NCBI GenBank assembly: GCA_003990765.1
Contig: RBNJ01000309.1
Coordinates: forward strand, 1 to 33,456
Direction: 5' to 3'
DNA from: Jimgerdemannia flammicorona
Lineage: Eukaryota
DNA length: 33,456 nt
In this document: positions 1-10,212 of the stretch, piece after piece
Layout of the letters: every line of letters begins with the position of its first letter
Position numbering within the stretch: position 1 is the first letter of the stretch
The notes under the pieces: generated by a model
What the model saw: the letters and a program-made list of their open reading frames with translations, nothing else
Databases searched by the model: none
What the model was told of the DNA's origin: nothing
Translations under genes and position numbers: made by a program

Positions 1-443
1 ATATGCTCATAAAGCATATATATACTAATTATCAACTTCTATATAATTTTATTAGAGATATCACTACTAGTGCTAATGGATCAAGATATTTTGAATAGAA
101 TAAAATATGAAATTTGAGCTATTTCTTAATAGAATGTGTAATATAAAATAATCTAACATAACATTCTTTAGCTGGAGCTTAAATATTATAATGGTGACCT
201 CAGAATGATGATATCAGTACAAAAAATAGTCTTTCCTTACAAGCCACTAGATCAGAGTATAAGAAGATCATATAGCATGACTCATCCAGGCTATAAGATG
301 AGCAATAATGACCAACTATAAGTTATTGAGACCACAATATAGACATCTTAAGGAATATAAAAGAAGGATCAAGGAACCACAGTAGCAGAAACTCAACAAG
401 ACCCACTAATCCCAAAATAGCTCAAAGACTTATTACAAATAAA

Positions 444-1229
444 ATGCCTACTGCTTGCCAAACCTCAAGATCAAGGAATCACTAAGATCTCTCAGTCTAG
501 GAAAGAATATTCCAAGACATCTGAAGAGCCATAAGGATCTATACCATAAGAACTCCTAGTATCAACCTGAGTACTGGTAACCCTTATCATTATATTCTGT
601 AAGATGGAAACAAGAATCACCATTACTACTAAATACCTCTAGATATGGCAAGAATATGAAATAGGAAACCTCCTCTGCCAGAAATTCCCTCAAGCCAGCC
701 CTCAAGAGCAATAAGATACCACTCCTATAAATATATATGAAATAAGGACAGCTAAGAAGATTCATCAGATCTTCAGTGGTCAATCTCTAACTTAAAGTAT
801 ATCAGAGTCTCAGACTTCAGGAATCTGTTAGTCTATCATATCAATGTACTAGTAGCTATGGTAGCTATAGAGGTCCAGTCTACTATCATCCTCAATAGTG
901 ACAAGATAGAAGAGTTCTGATATTCCATCCTTTAGGATAACTCAGATCAGTTTCTACAAGGATTGATCTCAGCTTTCCAAGGCCCCAGTATCTAGGTTAG
1001 ATCTCTCCAAGACTCTATATTTGTTCCTTATTTTGTAGAAGAGAATATCGTGGATTAGAGAGCCCCCACTACCACTGAATATAATGATGTCATCAGTAAT
1101 GACATCATTCCACATGATATATATAAAATATATAATCTATACAATAAGACAAATGAAATGTTTGCAGATCTCATCTCCTTCAGTAATGATGAGGATGAAG
1201 CCCCCATGGTCCTGAACATTCTACTTTAA
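444..1229 (+). pseudogene. LTR(U3)-encoded accessory ORF remnant of element D
   Basis: Manual translation through stops and two frameshifts: MPTACQTSRS..RIFQDI*RAIR..SINLSTGNPYHYIL / IWQEYEIGNLL (W at 646) ..RTAKKIHQIFSG / ISNLKYIRVSDFRNL ... acidic tail ..SFSNDEDEAPMVLNILL*. Aligns by eye to the LTR ORFs of B and C. Confidence 0.7.
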
Positions 1230-1500
1230 AGTTCTTAATAATACTGAATTCTACCAGCATCCTTTTTCTGTATAATAGTTAATTCTTCTACTAGTATTCT
1301 GATCTTATATAACTTAGAATTCTTCCAGTATCCTTTTTCTATACTACTAAAATTCTACCAGCACTCTGAACTTGTGCAACCATCTATACTAATACTGAAA
1401 TCTATACTGACAACTGTAGTTTTCTGTGTTCCAGTATTTTATTTAGTTATTGGAATTTATATTTAGCTTTATATCTTAGCAATCATTGAATTATATTTTA

Positions 1501-1508
1501 TATAAATA
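1501..1508 (+). promoter_or_regulatory. Putative TATA box of LTR D
   Basis: TATAAATA downstream of the U3 ORF and repeats, 27 bp before AATAAA; same arrangement as LTR C. The context is AT-rich, so support is positional only. Confidence 0.4.
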
Positions 1509-1745
1509 TTTCTCTTATTTCCTTCAAAATAAAGTCAGTTTCTCTTAGTGTAATATATATAATTCCTTGCAAGTAATCTAAAAAGATAACAAGACAGTTT
1601 AAAGATAAGAAGTTTGAGGACTATAAGATCTTAAGAAGGTACTCCAATAAGAACTTACTTATAACAAACTTGAATTAGTCTAAGAGATACATCTTGAAGA
1701 GAATCTGACATATTTGAAGAACTCAGCAACCACTATGTGACAACT

Positions 1746-1755
1746 TGGTGCCCAT
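1746..1755 (+). other. Putative primer-binding site of element D
   Basis: TGGTGCCCAT starts after a 3-nt spacer following the LTR end; TGG is complementary to tRNA CCA. tRNA identity is not resolvable. Confidence 0.5.
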
Positions 1756-1859
1756 TAGCTGGTGATTTAAGATGAATCCCTTACTTTCAAGCTGAAAAAT
1801 GAACAACTACTATAATAACTACCCTAACTACAAGAGTCACCTCTGTAAGAATTCAAGAT

Positions 1860-2466
1860 AAGATGGAAATATATCCTACCATATTCTATAGATATACTAC
1901 TGAAGAGTCAATCCTGATCTTTATTGAAGACTTTGAATAATTTGCTACTATATAAGCTCTCAACATAGATATACAATTGGCTCTTTTATCAGTCAGCCTT
2001 AGAGAATCTGCCAGAGACAAGTTCAATGTAATCACTATTACTGATACTGATATAGCAAGACTTGTCAATATGAAGACCTTTCTCAGAACTACATACTATA
2101 CTGAAGAGATCAAGCAAGCTCTCAAGAATCAACTCAACACTATCTGCCAGAGACTCAGTAAAGATCCCAACTCATTTTATATCCAAATCTACTACTAAAT
2201 TATCTTAGCTAGCTATGATGACTACCTCAAGGAACAAATAGTGGATTCAACCTTCCTTAAAGGAGTTCACTCTGAAATTGCTCTAGAAATCTGGTCTACT
2301 CCAGCTGTACTGATCCTTAATCAGAAAGTAGTCTTTATACAGAGATATTGGACTACCAGATACTCTGCCAAATACTTAATGGAGAAAATAACTAGCATCA
2401 AAATAGAGCCATCAAAGCCAACTAGTATCATACCTACCATAGTTATAAACAGACAACCATCTCTAC
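1860..2466 (+). pseudogene. gag: Gag (capsid-like) remnant of element D, cut by the LTR A insertion
   Basis: IFIEDFE*FA ... LALLSVSLRESARDKFN ... LKNQLNTICQRLSKDPNSFYIQI ... DSTFLKGVHSEI resembles retrotransposon Gag and the gag of C (ETPKSFYHRI..TTFLNGL). Confidence 0.65.
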
Positions 2467-2723
2467 TGTAAGCACACAACCTCCAAGCCACTGAAATCAC
2501 ATGCGATCTCTGAACAAATCTGGAAATCACCTGCTTGATCATGAAGCTGAGTCAAACTGAAGTCACAGTGCACAAAGCTGAGTCAATATGAAGTCATGGA
2601 ACAAAAGATTTACACAAACGGAATCTTACCAATTAGGACCAAATGCATATATACCAACCACCAAGACATGTCGAATCAGAGAACCAAAAACAAATAATAA
2701 CCACAACTTCCAAACACACAAAT

Positions 2724-3821
2724 ATGACCACCGAGATCTATACCTGCATCCACGCTGACATTTGGAATGCCATTGTCAACCAAGCCACACCCCCTCTGCC
2801 CCTCATGAATATCCATAGCCTAGCACCCCTCTACTTCATGGAAGCCCAATGGAACACTCTGAACATGCTTAGCGAGGCCCACTGAATCGGACAAATCTCA
2901 AGCTACTACCAAATTGGCCACCTCCTGGAAGACATGGTCGAACACCACCACGATACAGACATTACCCAGATATCTCAACACCAGAAGCTCATTGCCCACA
3001 AACATCAAGAACTCTTCTATGAGTACAGTACCATTATTCTCTGCCTCTGAGTTACTACCAGCGAAATGGTTGCTACTCTGTCCTATGGCCAAATCGATGA
3101 CATGATACAAGAACTCAACTACAAGTACCTCAAGTACGTCGAAACCACAGACAGAACCTTCCCATACCCCAATGATCAAATCCTGCAAATGCCCCAAGTT
3201 GGATATGTCATGAAGGATATCTATGATATAATCCACTTCAATGAAGACAAAGCAGAAGACAATGATCCCTCTGATGCCAACATGACCTCTAGCCAAGGAT
3301 CTCTGCCAACTCTGATTACTCTGCCAATCTTGCCAATGAACTTACAACAGTTCATAACTACATATGAGATTTATTGGGACAATGACCACTGGCACGAATA
3401 CCAACCCGCATTCACCCCCGACTACTTCAACTAAAATGAAGAGACTGGAGAATACAACCTGTACCTTCAGATAACCCTTGAGATCGAACCAACCACTCTA
3501 CTACCAGAGTATGAGTGACATGAATCACAGCCTCCAGCATACTACAACCCCATAACTCACAGTGCCGTAACCTATAGAAGGTATGCAGACAGTGAATCCA
3601 ATGAAAGTGAAGACAATACACCCATTCTTTGCCCACCAGCACCTTATCCAGCATATGAGACAGACGATGCTATCCTGTGGGATGGAGATAAAGTTCCAAT
3701 GTATTATTACCTCAGTGAACAAGGAGAAGTAATCCGTGAACCATTATTCCTAGATGACTACTTTATCAGAGATGATGCAATCAATGGTGAGGTCATCGAA
3801 GACTACCCAGACAGTGCCTAA
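2724..3821 (+). pseudogene. LTR(U3)-encoded accessory ORF, copy A (365 codons in one frame with internal stops)
   Basis: Track ORFs 2643-2885 and 3066-3434 share one frame running MTTEIY... to ..IEDYPDSA*. Several stops are sense codons in at least one of the other copies. Confidence 0.75.
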
Positions 3822-4010
3822 ACCTATAAATAGCCTAGCAGTCATAGTATAGTTAGATTAGCATTATACGATGTGACTGTGAACTGACTCAGCAGTCAGA
3901 CGATCTCTTGATATGTCAGATCACACTTGTACTATATGACTGCATTCCGACTCAACAAAGCACTAAGTGCTATATCCATATTTAGCATAGTCCAGATAGC
4001 CCCTCACTAG

Positions 4011-4018
4011 TATAAATA
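4011..4018 (+). promoter_or_regulatory. TATA box, LTR A
   Basis: TATAAATA conserved in all three family-B LTRs (also 7069 and 15363). Confidence 0.6.
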
Positions 4019-4495
4019 CCCCCTCTCCCAGACCTCAGAATCTCAGACCTGAACACACAAGAACACTCCTGAATACTTCCCCACAATACCCTTCACACAA
4101 CTACTCCTAGTATAGCAATATCATGAATAGTGAATAAACCTATTTAATAATCCACAAACCACTCTTAAGTAAATCTGCTCCCTGTTAGATCCCACTCCTA
4201 ACCCCATCACGAAATTTCCTAATTGGGTATTGTCTGCAGTGATATACCAATTCAACTAAGCTGGTCTTAGTTTCTTAAACTTCCTGAAATACAGAAAATC
4301 CTGAACATCTAGAACTAGTCCAAAAAGGACTTTGGTTGAGACATCAACCCAATCTTGAAATCAATAAGCATAGAGGATATACTCCATACGAAATTGATCT
4401 TGACCATAAGAAAATAGTCTTTCAGAATATCTTGAACCTCGAGAAAACCCTTCTAGAACTACATAATGGTTATCCTAAAAAGTAACCTTCTTATA

Positions 4496-4680
4496 ACTTG
4501 GTAGCAGCGGTTTACAATCCAATTCTGCTTCAAGATGCTTCCTCACCCTGCTACAAACCCCTCTGAGAATTCCTACAAGTTGGTATAGAGCCCAACCTCT
4601 GAACTGGAATTTATCCTGAACTATCTGACAATCTGGAGAGAATTGAACCTGATGTACAAGGACAATTTGACCTCCACACC
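4496..4680 (+). mobile_element. PBS (TGGTAGCAGCGG, from 4499) and truncated internal region of element A
   Basis: Colinear with 7556-7740 of element B; homology stops abruptly at the foldback element. Confidence 0.9.
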
Positions 4681-5338
4681 TAGTGCTCCTAACGAGTCAA
4701 TTTAATCCGGATTGGATTCGGATTGATTCGGATTGAATCCCATCTGGATCAACTCGGATGGGATTCGAATCCCATCTGGATGGATTCGAATTGGATTCGA
4801 ATCGGATTCGAATCGGATTCGAATCAACCATTGTTTTGATTTCCAAATTAGACAATTAAATGTTTACATCAATAATTTGATGAATAATCATCCAAATTTG
4901 ATGATCTTGGTGTCATTTGAAATCCCTTAATAAAGCCTATCAAATGATACCAAGAACATTGAAATCGGATCATGCGTTGCTGAGTTATGAAGGAAAACGT
5001 CAGAATCGCCGATTTTGGAAATTCTTTGATTTGCCGATTTTGGAAATTTCGTCAAATGGAACGTTTTCCTTAATATCTCGGCAACACGTAATCCGATTTT
5101 AATGTTCTTGGTATCCTTAGAAAGGCCTTAATAAGGGCTTTCAAATGACACCAAGATCATCAAATTTTGAGGATTATTCATCAAGTTATTGATGTAAACA
5201 TTTAATTGTCTAATTTGGAAATCAAAACAATGGTTGATTCGAATCCGATTCGAATCAATCCGGATGGGATTCGAATCCGATTCGAATCCGATTCGAATCC
5301 ATCTGAATCCCATCTGGATTGACTCGTTCAGAGCACTA
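4681..5338. mobile_element. Foldback/MITE-like non-autonomous DNA element (hAT-like termini possible)
   Basis: Termini TAGTGCTCctAACGAGTCAAT / ATTGACTCGTTcaGAGCACTA; subterminal GGATTCGAATC arrays; inner inverted arms ~4826-5000 vs ~5061-5235; ~60-bp loop; no coding capacity. Confidence 0.85.
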
Positions 5339-5479
5339 TCCCAGTATATCATAGGCTATATAGAGAGTTGATTGATCTTGAGCATCAAGTGCTCAGTTTA
5401 GATTATCTGCAGGTCCATGATACCTATAGAGTGGCTCTATGACCTTGGTAAGCTTTCTGGTGAGTATAGTTCTGATATA
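5339..5479 (+). repeat. Retroposon X, copy X1, 5'-most surviving fragment
   Basis: Homologous to ~16112-16252 and ~32537-32677; continues at 17018 after the nested insertions. Confidence 0.8.
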
Positions 5480-5492
5480 TACCATAAGTCTC

Positions 5493-7555
5493 TGTAAGCG
5501 CACAACCTCTAAGCCACTGAAACCCCACGTCACCCCAAAAACAAGCCACCGAAATCACACGCAACCTCCAAACAAATCTGGAAATCACCTGCCTGATCAC
5601 GAAGCTGAGTCAAACTGAAGTCACAGCATACAAAGCTGAGTCAATATGAAGTTACGGAATACAAGATTTACACAAATGGAATCTTACCAATTAGGACCAA
5701 ATGCATATATACCGAGTACCAAGACATATTGAAACAGAGAACCAAAACAAACAACAACCATAACTTCCAAATATACAAAAATGACTACCGAGATCTACAA
5801 CTGCATCCATGCTGACATTTGGAAAGCCATTGTCAACCGAGCTACACCCCCTCTGCCCCTCATGAATATCCATAGCCTAGCACCCCACTACTTCATGGAA
5901 GCCTGATGGAATGCTCTGAACATGCTTAGCGAGGCCCACCGAATTGGACAAATCTCAAGCTACTACCAGATTGGCTGCCTCCTGGAAGATATGGTCGAAC
6001 ACCACTATGATACAGACATTACTGAAATGTCTCAACACCAGAAGCTCATTGCCTGCAAACATCGAGAACTCTTCTATGAGTACAGTACCATTATTCCCCG
6101 TCTCCGAGTTACTACCAGTGAAATGGTTGCTACCCTGTCCTATAGCCAAATCGATAACATGATATAAGAACTCAACCATAAGTACCTCGAGTACATTGAA
6201 ACCACAGACAGAACCTTCTCACACCCCAACAATCACATCCTGCAAATGCCCCAAGTTGGATATGCCATGAAGGACATCTACGATATAATCCACTTTGATG
6301 AAGACGAAGCAGAAGATAATGATCCCTCTGATGCCGACATGACCTCTAGCCAAGGATCCCTACTAGCCCTGATCATACCGCCAACCCTGCGGATGAACTT
6401 ACAACAGTTCATAACCACCTACAAGACTTATTAGGACAATGACCACTGGCATGAATACCAACCCGCGTTCACCACCGATTACTTCAACTACAATGAAGAG
6501 ACTGGAGAACACAACCTATACCTTCAGACAACTCTCGAGATTGAATCAACCACTCTACCACCTGAGTATGAGTGACATGAACCACAGCCGCCAGCTTACT
6601 ACAATCCTGCAACTCATAGTGCCATAACCTATAGAATGTACACAGACAGTGAATCTGATAAAAGTGAAGACAATGCACCCCTCCTGCACCCACCAATACC
6701 TTATCCAGCATATAAGACAGATGATGCAATCCTATAGGATGGAGATGAAGTCTCAATGTATCATTACCTCAGTGGACAAGGAGAAGTAATCTGCAAACCA
6801 CTCTTCCTAGATGACTACTTCATCAGAAGATGATGCAATCAATGGTGATATCATCGAGGACTACCCAGACAGCACCTAAACCCATAAATAGCCTAGCAGT
6901 CATAGTATAGTTAGATTAGCCTTGTACGACATGACTGTGAACTGACTCAGCAGTCAGACAATCTCTTGACATATCAGATCACACTTGTACTATGTGACTG
7001 CATTCCGACTCAGCAAAGTACTTAGTGCTACATCCATATTCAGCATAGCCCAGATAGCCCCTCACTAGTATAAATACCCATTCCCCCAGATCTCAGAATC
7101 TCAGACTTGAACACACAAGAACATTCCCAAATACTTCCCCACAATATCCCTTCACACAACTACTCCTAGTATAGCAATATCATGAATAGCAAATAAACCT
7201 ATTTAATAACCCACAAACCACCCTTAAGTAAATCTACTCCCTGTTAGGTCCTACTCCTAACTCCTTCATGAAATTTCCTAATTCAGTATTGTCTGCAGTG
7301 ATACGCCAATTCAACTAAGCTGGTTTTAGTTTTTTGAACTTCCTGAAATATGGAAATCGTGAACATCCAGAACTAGTCCGAAAAAAGTACTTTGGTTGAG
7401 ACATCAACCTGATCTTGAAATCAATAAGTGTAGAGGACGTACTCTATACAAAATTGATCTTGACCATAAGAAAATGATCTTTCAGAATATCTAAAACTTC
7501 AAAAAAACCCTTCTAGAACTACATAACAGTTAACCTAAAAAGCAACCCTCTTACA
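5493..7555 (+). repeat. 5' LTR of element B
   Basis: Direct repeat of 13787-15849 with the same length and TG...CA ends. Confidence 0.96.
5781..6879 (+). pseudogene. LTR(U3)-encoded accessory ORF, B 5' LTR copy
   Basis: In-frame pieces 5922-6167 and 6246-6434; same protein as 2724-3821; 1-nt insertion near the 3' end relative to copy A. Confidence 0.72.
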
Positions 7556-7558
7556 ACT

Positions 7559-7567
7559 TGGTAGCAG
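7559..7567 (+). other. Primer-binding site, likely tRNA-iMet
   Basis: TGGTAGCAG after a 3-nt spacer; complementary to the ...CUGCUACCA 3' end of eukaryotic initiator Met tRNA as I recall it. Confidence 0.7.
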
Positions 7568-9513
7568 CAGTTTACAATCCAATTCTGCTTCAAGATGCTA
7601 CCTCACTCCATTATATATCCTTCTGAGAATTCCTACAAGTTGGTATAAAGCCCAATCTCTGAACTGGAATTTTTTCTAAACCATCTGACAATCTGGAGAG
7701 AATTGAACCTGACATACAAGGACAATTTGACCTCTACACCTGCAACAAGTGGGACAAACTTTACTCAAAGAAAGAAGTACTCCAATTAAATCAGCAAATA
7801 GGTGAAACTCTATTCACCAAACTCCTTGCACTACACCCAGCAAGTCAAGATGAAGAAGGTCTTATTGAAGCCTTCTTTACTCTTCTCAACAAGAGTTTTG
7901 TCAGCTCCACAAACCCGAGTGACCTAGGATAACAAGCAGCAGTCTTTCTAGCCTTAGTTCCTCATGAAGCCCAAGCCTCTGTAGCCAAGTGGCTCAACTC
8001 TACCGACTTTCACTGTACCAGGACCAAGACTGCATTATACTACCAATTCCAGAACAGCAAGGCCTGCCATATTCTTAAAGAAGAAGCAAGAGAAACCCCT
8101 CATCAACTACCTGATCCTGAACCTGAAGCAGGCCCTGCTACAGCCCTACCTGAATCTGAAACCAATACTGAACCTGAACTTGACTTTGAATTAAGTCCAT
8201 CTGAAATCAGATATGCAACTAATTCTATCTACTTTAACGCCAAGCAAACCCTATTACAGGGGGACCAAACCGAAGAGGAGGAGGAGTATCTCACTGAATT
8301 TGATCCTGGATACACTACAGAAGGAGACGCAATCCCATCAGGACAGAATACACCTATACAACAACAAACAGCTATCTATCAAGCCCTTACTCCAGATCCA
8401 CAACTACTACTTCAGCAACTTACCCAGACCCAAAGAACCCCATCACACTCTGCACCAGTACCTCAAGTAGTACCAGTAACACCACTTCCAGCAGTCCAAC
8501 TACCTCTAGTGAACAATATGGCGAACCAACAGATTCTTGATCTCATAGCCCAAGTAGCTATAATGGCAGCAACCATTACTGCCTTAGCTGAACAGACCTG
8601 ACCTACAAAAAATCTGAGCCTACCTACCTTCAATGGTACTGTACAAGAAGTCCAAAGCTTCATTAGTGTAGTTGACACCAACTTCAAAGCCAATCAATGG
8701 ACCAATGAGTGAGTTGCTGACCGTGTTCTGACAAACAATCAAGACCACACTCTGGAACAACTCTTTGCTACTACTACAGCCTATGTCCGCTGAGTTGTTA
8801 CATTCTTCTGAGGACCTGCTGAAGAATGGTGGTGAACCCTTCCTGAAAAACCCCTCATATGGAATATCTGATCTGCAGTAGTTGTTCGGAATGCAGCAAA
8901 CAATACCCCAGGATATAGAGCCCATCCAGCAGCCCCTGGACTCAAATAACTCATGATTGCTCAATATAACAGTGAAACCATGATTGCCGAATCTCGAGTA
9001 AAACTCTGCAGCCTCAAATTTGATATACATGGTAAAGAAGAATTTGAAACCTTCTGTACAAAACTCGAGTCACTCCTAAACACTGTTGGCCTAGGATACA
9101 TTGCCAATGATGAAGCACAAAATGGTACAAGAGCAGACCACTTATTCGATGCCCTGCCTGAATGGCTTACCAGAAAAATCCAAGAACAAGACCACCCAGT
9201 TGGTTGTGACCACCAACAATGGTGCCTGGCAAGAATCAAGACTATGGTCAAGCAAATCCTAACAGCTGGACCAATTCTGCCCTGAAGACAATTCAATAAC
9301 AAGGAAATGACCTGGACCAAGAAAGAAGAACCCAAGCATGAAGCACCCCAAGCTCCCTCCACATCCACCTCTTGGACACCCAGAAATCATAAACCTATCC
9401 AGCAAAGTACCTTCAAGAAACTTACTGTAGGTGAAAGGAATGAACTTCGAAGAAGCAGAGCATGCTTCTATTGCCAAAAGATAGGACACATGGCCAGTGC
9501 CTGCCCTAACTGA
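7561..9513 (+). pseudogene. gag: Gag of B with long N-terminal extension, capsid-like core (from ATG 8518) and CCHC knuckle
   Basis: One continuous frame with internal stops: LPTFNGTVQEVQSFISVVDTNF, GPAEEWW; zinc knuckle CFYCQKIGHMASAC at 9463-9504. Confidence 0.85.
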
Positions 9514-9582
9514 AAACCCCGAACAGCAACAAGAGCAACCATTACCACTCTGCACCACCTCAACAACCTGACCACCAGAACA

Positions 9583-9990
9583 CTAGACTTTATCAAGTTA
9601 AGACAAACTGCTAAGGCCCCAACCAAAGGAAGTCAAAAAGCAGCTGGATATGACCTATATGCAGCCGAAGAAGCTATAGTTTCTAACTGAGAAGTCAAAC
9701 AGATCTACACAGGAATCAGCATCCAAATCCCTGAAGGACATATTGGAAGAATATGCTATTACAGCAGCCTAGCATTGAAAGAACTCTCAGTAGAAGGAGG
9801 AGTCATTGATGAGGATTACACAGGCAAAATTATTATTCTCATCTGAAACCATAGTTGGACACCATTTAAGATCCCCATAGGTTTCTGCATAGCCCAGATC
9901 CTATTTGAAAAAATCGAGTCAACCCTGACAGTCTAGGAAGTCTCTGAACTACTACCTACCATCTGAGGATCCAAAGGATTTGGCTCATCA
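9583..9990 (+). pseudogene. dut: dUTPase domain of B, between Gag and protease
   Basis: Manual translation shows the five trimeric dUTPase motifs: AAGYDL, GRICYYSSLA (degenerate), GGVIDEDYTG, IAQIL, *GSKGFGSS. In frame with gag and PR. Confidence 0.92.
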
Positions 9991-10212
9991 AACAAGGCCC
10001 CAGCCCAACCTACCATGAATAAAGAAGAACAATTCTATAAGAAAATCGAAGATGGATATGTACCAAGTGGCCGATGCCTCTATGGCATTGGAATGTACTC
10101 TTCCCGAATGATTGACAATTGCTTCTCTTGTGTCAATGAACTGGCTCAAAGAAGAACCAACAGAAGGAAAGCTCCTATAACTGAAATCACTACCATTGGA
10201 TCAGACAAACTG

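Larger units (their letters stand above)
59..1742 (+). mobile_element. 5' LTR of degraded Ty3/Gypsy element D (start uncertain)
   Basis: Ends ...GTGACA at 1742, followed by a PBS-like TGGTGCCCAT and a gag-like frame. TATCAC at 59 could be a mutated TGTCAC terminus. Contains an ORF remnant, short repeats (~1240-1400), TATAAATA (1501) and AATAAA (1528), the same layout as the LTRs of C. Confidence 0.55.
2467..4495 (+). mobile_element. LTR copy A (family B), 5' LTR of a truncated element
   Basis: Starts TGTAAG, ends CTTATA (mutated CTTACA). Colinear with 5493-7555 and 13787-15849 apart from a ~30-bp deletion near the start. Confidence 0.93.

Noticed and set aside
2898..3722. Minus-strand ORFs over the LTR ORFs and pol regions (e.g. 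2898-3296, 14249-14647, 11991-12389, 23042-23533)
   Set aside because: Antisense shadows of A/C-rich coding sequence; no recognisable motifs and variable ends.
2467..4495. LTR A as a solo LTR, or as the 5' LTR of a tandem with B
   Set aside because: It is followed by a PBS and internal sequence, so it is not solo. B has its own TSD pair, so it is an independent insertion.
4700..5320. GGATTCGAATC arrays as a CRISPR array, and ORFs 4733-4930, 4917-5102, 5128-5352 as genes
   Set aside because: No unique spacers or cas genes and the context is eukaryotic. The same peptide on both strands is a by-product of the inverted repeat.
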